NCBI GenBank assembly: GCA_030390025.1
Contig: CM059431.1
Coordinates: 106,208,001-106,272,000 of the forward strand
Direction: 5' to 3'
From: Squalus acanthias
Taxonomy: Eukaryota
DNA: 64,000 nt
Made by a program: the position numbers and the translations under genes. Numbering within the stretch: position 1 is the stretch's first letter; each line of letters opens with the position of its first letter. Of the stretch, positions 1 to 12,250 are shown piece after piece. Below the pieces are notes generated by a model. The model was not told the origin of the DNA, did not search any database, and saw only the letters and a program-made list of their open reading frames with translations.

Positions 1-26
1 AATCCAAGGAATTAAAAAACTTATGA

Positions 27-451
27 GGCCGGAAATAGAAGCATTTTAGGATTTTGTCCACGGAAAGTGTTTGTCCATGAAAAGTTCGGAGGTAGCGGTT
101 GCTACATTAATAAAAAATTTTTTTGCATCTATGCGGAGCATAAGCTTAAAAAAAAATCCAAACTGAAAGTATAGATGTTTATCCCGGAAGGCTCCAGCAA
201 TGAGGGTTTTTTTTTTCCTTTCCGGAGATTACAAATGAATGAGAGACCCTCTGTTTGATGATTGGAGCACCAGGCCCACGTGTTTCCAGGTACGCTTCCG
301 CACACACTGGGCTCCTGGGGTCCGTGGACCATTCCCCTGCCCTCCAGTACACAGTGTCAAACAGCAAGTTCGTGAAGGAGGGTCCCCAGCAGGTAAGTTC
401 ACATTCTGTTCGGACGCCTACCGAGTACGCTGCCGACCGCAAAATCCAGGC
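27..451. mobile_element. Degenerate MITE-like non-autonomous DNA element
   Basis: Starts GGCCGGAAAT and ends AAAATCCAGGC (imperfect TIR). Internal GGCCCACGTG.. block resembles the MITE at 13311-13998. Confidence 0.4.
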
Positions 452-872
452 AATTATGTCCTGCTTTCCTGTCACCCCTGTTCTTACCAACCTCGCAGGC
501 TTGATTCATTAAATTCAAAAAGCTCATCCTAGTTTACAAATTTCCTTCATGTCCTCACCTCACTCTACCCCCTGCAACTCAGCTTGTGCCCCTTGATCTT
601 CCATCTCTGGCCTCACGTGAATCTCCTTTCGCTCCACTTTGCCATCAGTGGCAGCAACGTTGGCCATCCACGTTGGCCATCCTGGGTCTGCTCTCTAGTA
701 TTCCTTTCTGAAACCCTTTGACTTGTTCCTTGTCTCCCCACCTTTAAAAGCCCTCTTAAAGTCCATCTTTTGAACCATACCTTTGGTCCTCACTACCAAC
801 TCTTCCACTTCTCCTCAGTGTTCATTTTCTCCGATTGAAAAGTGATAGATAAATGCAACGTCTTGTTGCGTT
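445..872 (+). mobile_element. Old L2 LINE 3' end
   Basis: Diverged match to the L2 3' ends at 7945-8413 and 45681-46094; ends ATAAATGCAA..TTGTTG. Confidence 0.6.
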
Positions 873-1559
873 AAATAATCAAATGTATTCAATAGCATTA
901 TATGGGCCCATTATTAGATGACACATCTTGCTCCTGAGCCATGAATTTTCACCATGACAGGGAGGATGGTCCAAATATATACGAAAGAACATTAACTAAG
1001 TATAATTTCTAGGATGAATTCGTTTTTTTATCATCGTGTTGAACAACGCTAAAGAAAATATATTTATTACTTGATCAAAAAACCCGATACGCATACTATT
1101 CAGTAGGCTGCAAATATCCCAAACCACTTCTTTTGTCCATGGGCAGTGCCACCGAACGTCAACTCGTTCTTTTCAAAACAGTGAAGCTTCCACATTGCAA
1201 AAATGTTCAGCGCCTTCCATTGTAGCATATCTGTTAGGTCGAATTAATCCCGCGTTCCTTAAGATTATAGCTTGTTCTTTTTAATTCTAATACATATGCT
1301 AATTGCCCAGATGATAAATTGGGGACTAAAAATATCCTGTGGCACAGTATTATGTTAGCAGCCTTCAATCAAGCAGGAGTGAAGAGCAGATTAAATGTGT
1401 TCAGCGTAAAAGGATCATGCCTCTGTCAGTTGCCTTAATGACAAATTGATTCTAAAAATTTCTGTCAATTAAGTCTTCGAATCAATTTGTCACATTGTAT
1501 ATCACTATGCTTATATTACATTACTTGTTCTGTCGGATTTCATATTTGACCTGCAACTC

Positions 1560-1772
1560 AATAACAACAACAACTTGCATTTATATAGCGCCTTTAACGT
1601 AGCGAAACGTCCCGCAGCGCGGCACAGGAACGTTATCAAAAACAAAATTTGACACTAAGCCACATAAGGAGATATTAGGACAAGCTTGGTCAAAGAGGCA
1701 GGTTTTAAGGAGTGTCTTAATGGAGGAGAGAGAGGTAGAGGGGCGGAGAGGTTTAGGGAGGGAATTCCAAAG
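1560..1772 (-). mobile_element. L2 LINE 3' end
   Basis: (CAA)n tail plus CTTGCATTTATATAGCGCCTT; minus frame gives LWNSLPKPLR..IKTLLKTCLF. Confidence 0.8.
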
Positions 1773-1829
1773 ACTTACTTCGGAGAGCAAGTCCAAAACC
1801 TATGTGCACATTACAAGTATTTGCACGTT

Positions 1830-2458
1830 ACATGTTCTTGCCCACTCGCTTAGCCTGTCTATATCCCCTTGAAGCCTGTTTGCATCCTCCTCACAACTTA
1901 CATTCCCACCCAACTTTGCATCATCAGCAAACTTGGATATATTACATTTGGTCCCCTCATCCAAATCATTGATGTAGATTGTGAATAGCTGAGGCCCAAG
2001 CACTGATCCTTGCTGTACTGCACTAGCTACAGCCTGCCAACCCGAAAATGACCCGTTTATTCCTACTCTCTGTTTTCTGTCCGTTAACCAATTCTCAATC
2101 CATGCTAGTATATTACCCCCAATCCCATGAGCCCTAATTTTGTTTAATAACCTCTTGTGTGGCATCTTATCAAATGCCTTCTGAAAATCCAAATACACCA
2201 CATCCACTGGTTCTCCCTTATCTATTCTGCTAGTTACAACCTCAACAAACTCTAACAGTTTTGTCAAACACGATTTTCCTTTTATAAATCCGTGTTGACT
2301 CTTCCCAATGCTATTATTATTTTCTAAGTGCCGTGCCCTGTTACTACGTCCTTAATAATAGATTCTAGCATTTTCCCTACTACTGATGTCAGGCTAACTG
2401 GTCTGTAGTTCCCCGTTTTCTCTCTCCCTCCTTTCCTAAATAGTGGGGTTACATTTTT
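1830..2458 (-). mobile_element. CR1 LINE reverse-transcriptase fragment
   Basis: Minus translation contains NYRPVSLTS, YLDFQKAFD, QGSVLGP and KFADD; disrupted. Confidence 0.9.
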
Positions 2459-2499
2459 AAAAAGGAGAATAGGAAAGTGCCACATTATTACGCAGAATA

Positions 2500-2636
2500 A
2501 CATTAAATCTACACCCCAGAAACAGGCCATTCGGTCCAACAGGTCCATGCCAGTGTTTATGCTCCACACGAGCCTCCTCCTACTCAACTTTATCTCACCC
2601 TATTAGCATATCCTTCTCTTCCTTGTTCCCTCATGA
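2500..2636 (-). mobile_element. CR1 3' UTR fragment (second subfamily)
   Basis: AGAAACAGGCCATTCGG..CCATGCC motif shared with copies at 36885 and 60215. Confidence 0.7.
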
Positions 2637-2949
2637 ATGAACCTGGACAAAAAACGTGTCCATGAAGTTGAGTCTCCCCCACAGTCTTCACCCGTTCACT
2701 TCCACATAGTCAGAACAAGAACTGCTGAATTGGTCAAAAGCTGCTGAGTAAATGTCTCTATCTGAGTTAGGACCCATCCTTTAACCGCTTTCTCTATAGA
2801 CGCACTCTGGGACATACCCTGCCATGAGAACCCAGTTACTTAAATTCAGGTTTTGCAGGCATTTAAGATTGTCATTCATCAAAAGACAGAGTGACACCTA
2901 GCTGTTTGTTGGTGCTGAACAAAACTTAATCACATGGCCCAGCCATCAC

Positions 2950-3324
2950 AAAATTCTTACAGGGCTTGACAGGGTAGATGCAGGGAGGATGTTTCTCCTG
3001 GCTGGAGGGTCTAGAACCAGGGGTCACAGTCTCAGAATAAGGGGTCGGCCATTTCGGACTGAGAGGAGGAGGAATTTCTTCACTCAGAGGGTGGTGAATC
3101 TTTGGAATTCTCTACCCCAGAGAGCTGTGGAGGTTCAGTCGTTGAGTATATTCAAGACCGAGATCGATAGATTTTTGAATATTAAGGGCATCAAGGGATA
3201 TGGGGATAGTGCAGGAAAGTGGAGATGAGGTAGAAGATCAACCATGATCTCATTGAATGGCGGAGCAGGCTCGAGAGGCCAAATGGCCTACTCCTGCTCC
3301 TATTTCTTATGTTCTTATGTTATG
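2950..3324 (+). mobile_element. CR1 LINE 3' end
   Basis: RTRGHSLRI..FFTQRVVNLWNSLP C-terminus, GGAGCAGG/CCTGCTCC stem and (TTCTTATG)n tail. Confidence 0.9.
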
Positions 3325-4837
3325 TGACTGCGCACTACAGCCCCAAAATCACTGTGCTCTGCTCGGAGTGTAGAGTCTTTCTTGATGGGAATGCAGAGCA
3401 GAGGCATTGGATGTTAATAGGAGCGCAAACTAGCTCGGAAATTTCCCATTTTCTGACCATTGATTTTAATTGATTCTCCGATGTGCCGTTCCATCTGATG
3501 CGAGACTCCAAGCCAGGAGCGAACTCTTTAAATTTTAGGTTCATGTGGCGTGTGTTAATTTTGCTCCGTTGTCTATGCAAAAATGATGCCGGAAAAAATA
3601 CGCTGAAGGGTCCCATAGGTTTCTTACTGAAATGGGGACAGACAGCTAATTAAAGCAGGTGCCAAGGGCAGAGTGGATTCATTATCTTGAGTTCTCCTAC
3701 TCAGCATTAAAAGCTGCTCGACCATTCAATGAATCAGTCAGGAGATGGCTCAGGGTTAGCTTGATTTTATTTTTTTTGTTCTCTTCCCTTCTGGCGGAAT
3801 TCATCCTTTGAAAGCTTTCTTTTGCCTCTGTAGAAATTCAGAATTCATCCTTCAATCCAAAGGCACTTCTCTGGAATAAATTGCTACTGTCCAGCCAATT
3901 GGAATCACAAGAGATACTGTGCTCAACTGTGTTTTAATCCTCCAATAATTAGGTATGCATATACTAGGGCAACGGGTTACCATTGGGGTGGTAACTTTTT
4001 GGCATGGAGAGAAGCAGAATGCTAAGCACACAGTGGTGTGTTAATACCGTGTCCTTTCATTCATTATTGCCACTGGATACAATTATTTCAACACAGTATT
4101 ATAATAATAATGGAATGAAACATGGCTGAGCCTTTGATGGTCTTTATTTGCACTGGCTCTGGGCAGATGTTTATACAGAGAGCTCCAGAGAACAGACTTA
4201 AACCATTGCAAATGTGTTGCTCTCAGGGCCGATTAACTGGGTTTGATTTTATCATCTGGGCTTACTTAGTGCATTGATGCTGATGCACTGTCGGCAAATA
4301 CGCACGCAACCCAATGCACTTCAGTGTTGTGCCAAAACCTGTCTTGTGCGACACTCTTAACTCATCACTTCAAATTGTTCCACCCCCGCCCCCGCCACTA
4401 CTATCATCAGCGCTTCACTCTGGCGTTATGTAGATGCAAATGCTCTCCCCAGGCACAAGTCAAGTTTGAAAGGAAATTTAATTGGACGTGGTATGAAAAA
4501 TTCACAAACCCACCATTATGCTTTACTAAAATCAGAATGACAACTCTGTGAGCTTAGACAAGTGTTGGCAGGCTATTTAAGGTGGTGAAGGGGCAACAAG
4601 AAGAATGCAAAAAGGCTGGAGCATTACAGCCAAGCAATCCTTCAACGCCCAAGTGCCTTGCAGCAAGGAAAATATGGCCAACAATCAGAATTGGGAAAAA
4701 AAGCTATTTTTTTCCCCCTCTATAGCCTATCGATGTTGAGGTCAACTGTCACACCCCTACTGATGTCTGACCCGAGTTAAACTAACTCAAAGCATAGCCA
4801 AGGCACAGAGGATAGTGTGTTTACCTATTTTAATCTT

Positions 4838-5026
4838 AATTCTCGGGATGTGGGCGCTGCTGGCTAGGTCACCATCCCTGTTGCCCTTGAGAAGGTGGTG
4901 GTGGTGGACCTTCTACTTGAACCGCTGCAGTCCGTGTGGTGAAGGTTCTCCCACAGTGCTGTTAGGTAATGAGTCCCAGGATTTTGACCCAGCGGCGATG
5001 AAGGAACGGCGATCTATCTCCAAGTC
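4838..5026 (-). mobile_element. 3' end of a second CR1-group LINE family
   Basis: Reverse complement of the 3' part of 10098-10608. Confidence 0.7.
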
Positions 5027-5077
5027 TAACCCTAACCCAATGTTTTCCAATACCTTTTTATAAAAAATGTTGAGTGG

Positions 5078-5632
5078 ATGTACTGCGTACAGTTTTGGTC
5101 TCCTTATTTAAGGAAGGATATACTTGCATTGGAAGCAGTTCAGAGACGATTCACTAGGTTAATTCCAGAGATGAGGGGGTTGACTTATGAGGAAAGGTTG
5201 AGCAGGCTGGGCCTATACTCATTGGAATTTAGAAGAATGAGAGGTGATCTTATTGAAACATATAAGATACTGAGGGGGCACGACAAGGTAGACGCAGAGA
5301 GGATGTTTCCCCTCGTGGTGAAATCTAGAACGCAGGGGCACAGTTTCAGAATAAAGGGTCGCCCTTTTAGAACTGAGATGAGGAGGAACTTCTTCTCTCA
5401 GAGGGTCGTAAATCTGTGGAATTCTCTGCCCCAGAGAGCTGTGGAGGCTGGGTCATTAAATACATTTAAGGTGGAGATAGACAAATTTTTGCAAGATAAG
5501 GGAGTGAAGGGTTATGGGGAGCGAGCGGGGAAGTGGCTTTGAGCCCAAGATCAACCATGATCCTATTGAATGGCGGAGCAGGCTCGAGGGGCCAAGTGGC
5601 CTATTCCTGCTCTTATTTCTTATGTTCTTATG
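5078..5632 (+). mobile_element. CR1 LINE 3' end
   Basis: Open 154-aa ORF2 C-terminus (YCVQFWSP..LWNSLP) followed by 3' UTR and TTCTTATG tail. Confidence 0.92.
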
Positions 5633-5784
5633 CCCTTAGTTTTTGGAGATATGAAACATCCCCGACACAGTATGACTCATGCTGTTCCTATGGTGTGAAT
5701 GTAAGTTTTAAGTGGGCCCCAAGCAAATCAGTATCAGACTGTGTCAAGTATAAGGTCTGCCTTAGATACTCTCTCAGGTGCTAG

Positions 5785-6409
5785 TAATTTGCAGTCAGCC
5801 GTGAAACAAAGCTGATTCCCCCTCGCCCCGAAGTAACCTTCGCACAAAGACCTCGCGATCTCTGTGGCGAGATGTTCGCCTTTTCCGACGTGTAATTGAA
5901 ATCAACGCAAGTTAATTGGGAATTCCCAGTGAAGAGCTGCTGTGATGTCAACAAGCTGTCTAAGCAGCCAATCAAATCGCAGAATTCTCACAGACAGCGA
6001 ACCAGAAAGTGGATAAGCTCTTAAAATTCTAAGGGGGAGAAATTCGGTGGCGCCCCCTTTGGGGTGCTAACTTCGCCGCGGCGCTGATTTTAGCCCCCCG
6101 AAAAAGTTAGCGCCCCTGCGCCGTAAATTCAGCGGTAGCGCCCCAATCAGGAGGCGGGGCACGACTGGAAGCCCTCCACCTCCTTCCTGGGATGCTACAA
6201 GTGAATATCGCAGCGCTAGGTGCAACAGCGCCGTGCGCGTCGGGTGGACAGCGTAGCCTGTGTCGGAGCAGTGAATGACAGACCGCAACTTCAGGATTTC
6301 CATGTTAGGCTGCGCTCACGCTACATCCTGAAGTTGCGGTCAGTTTCAAAGTCGAAATGACGGCGAACGCTGCCAGTTCGCTGTCATCAGGACCGCAAAT
6401 TCCGGGCCC
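5785..6409. mobile_element. Composite of GC-rich MITE fragments (Harbinger-type)
   Basis: TAA|GGGGGAGAAATT near 6030 matches the left end of 19585-20212. Ends AAATTCCGGGCC. Contains a 17-bp inverted repeat at 6281-6341. Confidence 0.55.
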
Positions 6410-7165
6410 TCATGTTTCGGGATTTGTCCATACGGCCCGAAATTTAACTATACGACAGCTTAGCTTGGGATGTGATCTGAACTGGATCTGTGCCTTTTGC
6501 ACTTCCCTCACATGCATCTCTCCAATCTCTTCGAAGGTGGACTGCGAAAATTTAGTAAGGTGCGCCCAGATAGAAATCATTAAGCTGCTTTATTTCACGC
6601 ACAGCTATTGCACATACAGAGTAGGAGTCAAAGCAAATTCTACCTAATTAGCTCAATTTCGCCTCTCCTTGAAAATGTGGGAAAATAATAATAAGCCTCA
6701 TGCCTTGTCCCTTTTCTGGTTTGCCTGTTTACTTCAACTGGAAAATTTGACCTCCTGCATACTTGGTTGCTAGCTCCAGGCCAATCAGCTATGTCTCACA
6801 GTGTTATGGTCAAAACATGATTTTCCATGTGTCCTTTTGTCTCTTTTTTTTCTCTCCATTACTTACGGTCCCGGGAAGCAAAGGGGCAGCCTTCCCGACA
6901 CCTTTCTGGGCAGGGATTTGCCAGCAGGCCTGTCAATCAAACCAAACACCTGCCTCCCAGGAGTATGCTTCCCTGCAGGCATTCCTTACAGGGCTGCGTA
7001 CAATGACACCACAAGTCCTGGCCAGAAGTTGGCTAATGATTTGGCTAACTCCCCCGTCAATCACTGTTGTAAGTGACTGGGATTGAATTTACACACGCCG
7101 TTTGTGCCATCCTCCACTCACTGCATTTTGCTGGAGTAATATTCCTGCTTTTATCGGGAGACTTT

Positions 7166-7400
7166 GCTGTAGTTTCAGACATGAGTTCTGTTTGCTGTAG
7201 TTCCTAGAGGCTCTGTTTTTGCTGAGTAAATAGACTGCTTGCTGTAGTGCGCTGTTTAAATAGACTCTGTTTGTTGTTTCCTGTAGTGGGCTATTTAAAT
7301 AGACTCTGTTTGTTGCTTGCTGTAGTGGGCTATTTAAATAGACTCTGTTTGCTATTTGCTGAGTAAATAGATTTTATTTGCTGTAAAATAGACTCTGCTG
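7166..7400. repeat. Degenerate minisatellite, 39-bp core
   Basis: Units TGCTGTAGTGGGCTATTTAAATAGACTCTGTTTGTTGCT start at 7240, 7279 and 7318, flanked by shorter TGCTG-led variants. Confidence 0.85.
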
Positions 7401-7415
7401 TAAGTTCCGCCATAA

Positions 7416-7445
7416 GTCCCGCCCCACCTCCAACTCATTGGCTGA
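7416..7445 (-). promoter_or_regulatory. CCAAT box plus GC box, promoter-like
   Basis: Minus strand reads TCAGCCAATGAG..GGTGGGGCGGGAC directly upstream of the array. Motif evidence only. Confidence 0.3.
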
Positions 7446-7944
7446 TACAGTGTGTCAATACTCACTTCGTTCTTACATGAATAGAATCGTCCTGATCATA
7501 ATCAGTGTGAATATTTGTTCGAACACTTGAGAGGAGATGATGAGTTTCTTAACAATTGGTTATTCTGTCTAATAGAGCTGGGATGAGACAATAAGATCCT
7601 CGCATCAGTTTGAAATAAGCTGAGTGGTGGCATCCCCCCCAAAGTGGCCTATCTGGCTTCATAATCTCCAATACCTGAAGCCTGTGGCCTTTCTTTTTAA
7701 TCTGGTGTGAATTCACTTTGTTTTAAAACATCACCTTTAAACATAACTCAATCCCAAAATCTTTTATGTGAAGAAAAAAGATCAGAAAATCCCAAAATGT
7801 GACAGAGAACAATATGCTCATGATTGAACAAAAATTGTATTAGGCCTATTTCTCTGAAGTCACAAGTCAGTGTGTGATTCTCACTATAAGAATTGCAATG
7901 TAACTTGCTCTTAACCTTACAGATTGATAAGAGTTTAGCAGTAA

Positions 7945-8413
7945 GTCCCTTTCACCCATCACCCCTGTGCTCACTGATCTACTTTGGCTCCCAGTCCGGC
8001 AACACCTCAATTTTAAAATTCTCATCCTTGTTTTCAAATGACTCCATGGCCTCACCCCTTCCTATTACTATAACCCCTTCCCAGCCCTACAAAACTTTGT
8101 GATCTCTGCGTTGCTCCAATTCTGGCCTCTTGCGCACCCTCGATTTTCATCACACCACCATTGGCGGCCGCGCCTTCAGCTGCCTAGGACCCAAGCTTCC
8201 TAATTCCCTCCCTAAACCTCTCCGCCTCTCTAGCTCTCTCTTCTCCTTTAAGATGCTCCTTAAAACCTACCTCTTTGACCAAGCTTTTGGTCACCTGCCC
8301 TAATATTTTGTTGTGACTCGCTGTCAAATTTTGGTTGATAACGCTCCCGTGAAGCACTTTGGGACGGTTTACTACTTTAAAGGCGCTATATAAATGCACA
8401 TTGTTGTTGTTGT
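7945..8413 (+). mobile_element. L2 LINE 3' end
   Basis: CCCATCACCCCTGTGCTC..AAAACCTACCTCTTTGACC..AAGGCGCTATATAAATGC followed by (TTG)n. Confidence 0.85.
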
Positions 8414-9293
8414 TGGAAACTGCACTTGTCAGCTTCATATTTTAACATGAAATAACCCGAAATAATTAGATGTGACATTATCTGAACTACTGACAGGCAA
8501 GTGCAAACTGTACAATGTCCCCTAATTCTGCTCTGGGAATCATCTCCGCTGCACTGTAAATGAGAATTCTGCATATATGACATATTGAACATCATCAACA
8601 GCAACCTTTTGTATTTGCATCAAATGGAAGAAAGATCATTTTATTTGTTCAGTGACTTTTTGGAGACAGCATGGTATTCATGAAGGGCACTTGAGTTTAA
8701 AAATAAATGTTCTCTCCATAAATTTTCTTTCTTTAGATATGGAAATCTGCTAGATGCAAAACTTAAGATAGCTCATTTTTATTTCCAGGCATGTTATTAA
8801 TTTCAATCGAGAGTTTTCAGCAGCTTCAATTCCTGTCAAAAGTGAGAAACATCCCCCTCGGAGATGTCTGTGAAAGTGCATACGGTTAATACAGGTACCG
8901 CATCAGTTGCACTATGAATCTTCGTAATGTGATTCATCGCTGGCTTAGATATGACATTGTCTTCATCTTCATTCTCAGCTTTTTAAATCGATGTTGGATG
9001 GGTGCAACATTCAATATAGTCAAATAATATTTTACAGCTATAAATATTTGATGAAGGTTCTCTTTGCAAACACAGGACATCAACATGGTCCTTCTTTATA
9101 CCTGTTTAGTCTCACTGCTTGCGACAGTGACCTTCTGGTGGGGAGCGCACCAAGTGAAATTCCTTCAACTTTTAACACATGGAAAGCTTTAAGAGACAAT
9201 GTTCAAAAGGCACAGCAGTTCAATCAGCATCTGAAAGAGCAAAATAGGCTAATGTTTTGATTGCAAGTCTATCAGCACTGATGAATGCAGTCA

Positions 9294-9762
9294 GTGTCAG
9301 CCGTGGCTCAGTTGGTAGCACTCTTGCCTCTGAGAAGGTTGTGGGTTCAAGTCCCACTCCAGAGACTTGAGCACAAAAATCTAGGCTGACACTCCAATGC
9401 AGTGCTAAGGGAGTGCTGCACTGTCGGAGGTTCCGTCTTTCAGATGAGACATTAAACCGAGGCCCCGCCTGCTCTCTCAGGTGGACGTAAAAGATCCCAC
9501 AGCACTATTTCGAAGAAGAGCGGGGGGAGTTCTCCCTGGTGTCTTGGCCAACATTTATCCCTCAATCAACATCATTAAAACAGATTACCTGGTCATTATC
9601 ACATTGCTGTTTGTGGGATTTTGCTGTGCGCAAATTAGCTGCCGCATTTCACATATCAGAACAGTGGCTACATTTCAAACAGTACATCATTGGCTGTAAA
9701 GCGCTTTGGGACGTACGGTGGCCATGAAAGGCACTATATAAATGCAAGTCTTTCTTTTTCTT
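9294..9762 (+). mobile_element. tRNA-derived SINE (SacSINE1/DeuSINE-like), near full length
   Basis: Pol III A box TGGCTCAGTTGG and B box GGTTCAAGTCC; conserved body shared with six other copies; L2-like tail. Confidence 0.85.
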
Positions 9763-9850
9763 TTCAGTTCTGACCAAGGGTCACACCAGAAACATTAACC
9801 TATCTTTCTCTCTCAGAGCTGACTGTTTTCATTTAAGATTTCCAGCTTTC
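9763..9850 (+). mobile_element. Degenerate Penelope pLTR remnant
   Basis: AGTTCTGACCAAGGGTC..GAAACATTAAC resembles 55559-55693. Confidence 0.5.
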
Positions 9851-9892
9851 TTGTTTAACCACTTTTTTTTATTTGCACAGGCGCTCTTCGAT

Positions 9893-10093
9893 AGAAAGAA
9901 AGTCTTGAATTTCTGTAGCACCTTTCACGACTTCAGGAGTTCTCAAAGTGCTTTACAGCCAATGTTCACAGCCAGGAAACGCGGCAGCAAATTTGCACAC
10001 AGCAAGCTCCCACAAACAGCAATGAAATACATAACATGATAATCTGGTTTAGTGATGTTTGTTAAAGTGTAGTCACTGTTGTAATGTAGGAAA
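9893..10093 (-). mobile_element. Partial SacSINE1-like SINE (3' part, rearranged)
   Basis: Reverse complement of the SINE tail (CAGCAAGCTCCCACAAACAGCAATG). Confidence 0.7.
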
Positions 10094-10097
10094 GATA

Positions 10098-10608
10098 GGG
10101 ACTACTCTCCACTTGCCTGGATGAGTGCAGCTCCAACAACACTCGAGAAGCTCAACACCATCCAAGACAAAGCAGCCCGCTTAATTGGCACCCCATCCAC
10201 CACCTTAAACGTTCACTCCCTCCACCACCGGCGTACCGTGGCTGCAGTGTGTACCATCTTCAAGATGCACTGCAGCAACTCGCCAAGGCTTCTTCAGCAG
10301 CATCTCCCAAACCCGTGACCTCTTCCACCTAGAAGGACAAGGGCAGCAGACGCATGGGAACACCATCACCTCCAAGTTCCCCTCCACGTCACACACCATC
10401 CTGACTTGGAAGTATATCACCGTTCCTTCATCGTCGCTGGGTCAAAATCCTGGAACTTCCTACCTAACAGCACTGTGGGAGTACCACACGGACTGCAGCG
10501 TTTCAGGAAGGCAGCTCACCACCACCTTCTCAAGGGCCATTAGGGATGGGCAATAAATGCTGGCCTTGCCAGCGACGCCCACATCCCATGAGCGAATATT
10601 TAAAAAAA
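10098..10608 (+). mobile_element. 3' end of CR1/L2-group LINE (distinct family)
   Basis: YSPLAWMSAAPTTLEKLNTIQDKAARLI..SLHHRR, typical post-RT region; ends in an A-run. Confidence 0.8.
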
Positions 10609-11172
10609 TGTAGGGATCCATGCCTTCTATCTGAACCCAGTTTCATCTGATAGGAAGACACTGGAAGAATATCAGGTAGCTTCCTTGAGCCATGGTCTAT
10701 CAGTAATCCTAAGGATTTTACTTTTAATTTTAACTGCCGAGGTGGCTGTACACCAACACGATGACCAGAGAGAGGACAGCTCATCAGTAAGTTGCAATTT
10801 GCTAGTTTTTAAAATAATTGGCGGATCTCCTGTGGCATTGCTCAAGGGTAGTCTGAGGTCTGGAGCAACTTCGTGATGTTTAGCTGCTAACTTGGCCTCT
10901 CCCTTTTAAGGCCACTGCCTTGGGGAGCCGGACAGCGAATAACTGTGTGTTAGAAGTGCCGGGTTAGCGGCGTGTTTTATACGGTTTCTCTCCTTTTTTT
11001 TCTTATGAAACATTCAAGAGTCTTTTAGTATTGCGACAGGCCTTCCTGAATCCAAATCTCAAGTTCAAAACAAAAATGTTGCTGAATATTTATGTTCATC
11101 ATGGTAAGCACTGCTCATGCTGGGAAAAGCACCCATAGTGTCAAGTGCTCCCAGATCAGGTATAGTCTCATT

Positions 11173-11330
11173 AGAACATAAGAACATAAGAAATAGGAGC
11201 AGGAACAGGCCATTCGGCCCCTCGAGCTTGCCCCGCCATTCAATAAGAGCTTGGCTGATCTTCTACCTCATCTCCACTTTCCTGAACTATCCCCATATCC
11301 CTTGATTCCCTTAATATTCAAAAATCTTAG
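11173..11330 (-). mobile_element. CR1 3' end
   Basis: (AGAACATA)n tail followed by AGGAGCAGG..GGCCATTCGGCCC. Confidence 0.85.
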
Positions 11331-11809
11331 CGATTAGCGGGCGCGTCTACTCCCCCTGTTCTGCCTCGGCCTCAATAACAAAAGAACATTGCTTACTGTG
11401 CCATTGTTCCATTTCCTTTGCTTAGTTGAACAATTACCTGGGAGTGTTGCAGTTTTTCACAGCACATGGGGGCATTTTTCTTTGCATTTTAAAGACCCCT
11501 GTAGTTGAATCATGCGATATCGGATCTCACAGGATATGACCTCTGTGATGTTGGGGCCCCACAGGAGGCCAGATTATTTTCAACAGTGAATTACACAAAA
11601 ATTCAATGCCCCCCAGATGTTATATTACAAAACAGATGTGTATCTGTGTGTGATCAACTGATAGTCCGTGAGCTCTGCTTTAGAGTGAAAGGTTGTGTGT
11701 TTATATATATATATATATATTCACAATTTCAAATTCTCTAGTTTTCAGCATGTCAGTCAGTTATTTGTTATTCTTCACATTTTCATAAGATTTTCATGAA
11801 TTATAAAGA

Positions 11810-12250
11810 TGATACCAGAACTGTGATGTTATGAAAATCAGGAAAGATTGAACAGGCTGGGGCTCTTTACTCGAGAAAAAAGAAGGCTGAGGGGTGACCT
11901 TATAGAGATCTTTTAAAGGGGTTCAATAGGTTAGACGTAGAGAAGATGTCTTCACTTGTGGGGGAGTCTAAAACCAGGGGCCAAAAATATAAGATAGTCA
12001 CTAATAAATCCAACAGGGAATTCAGAAGAAACTTCTTTACCCAGAGAGTGGTGAGAATGTGGAACTCGCTGCCACAGGGAGTGGTTGAGGCGAATAACAG
12101 AGGGATAGGGGGCACTAGATCAGTACATGGGGGAGAAAGGAATAGAAGGATATGCAGATTGGATTAGATGAAGTAGGCTGAGAGGAGGCTCGTGTGACGC
12201 ACGGACTAGTTGGGCCGAATGGCCTGTTTCTGTGCTGTAAATTCTGTGTG
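11810..12250 (+). mobile_element. CR1 3' end (second subfamily, internally deleted)
   Basis: FRRNFFTQRVVRMWNSLP; matches 60215-60882. Confidence 0.85.

Noticed and set aside
657..682. 13-bp direct repeat ACGTTGGCCATCC
   Set aside because: Local tandem duplication within a decayed L2.
3834..3952. Plus-strand exon candidate (KFRIHPSIQRHFSGINCYC..)
   Set aside because: Splice-like ends and one open frame, but no recognisable homology and no partner exons.
7166..7400. CRISPR-like array
   Set aside because: Units are head-to-tail with no unique spacers, there are no cas genes, and the context is vertebrate.
9294..9362. tRNA gene (also 18020, 33755, 50346)
   Set aside because: The A/B boxes run directly into the SINE body; these are SINE heads, not complete tRNAs.
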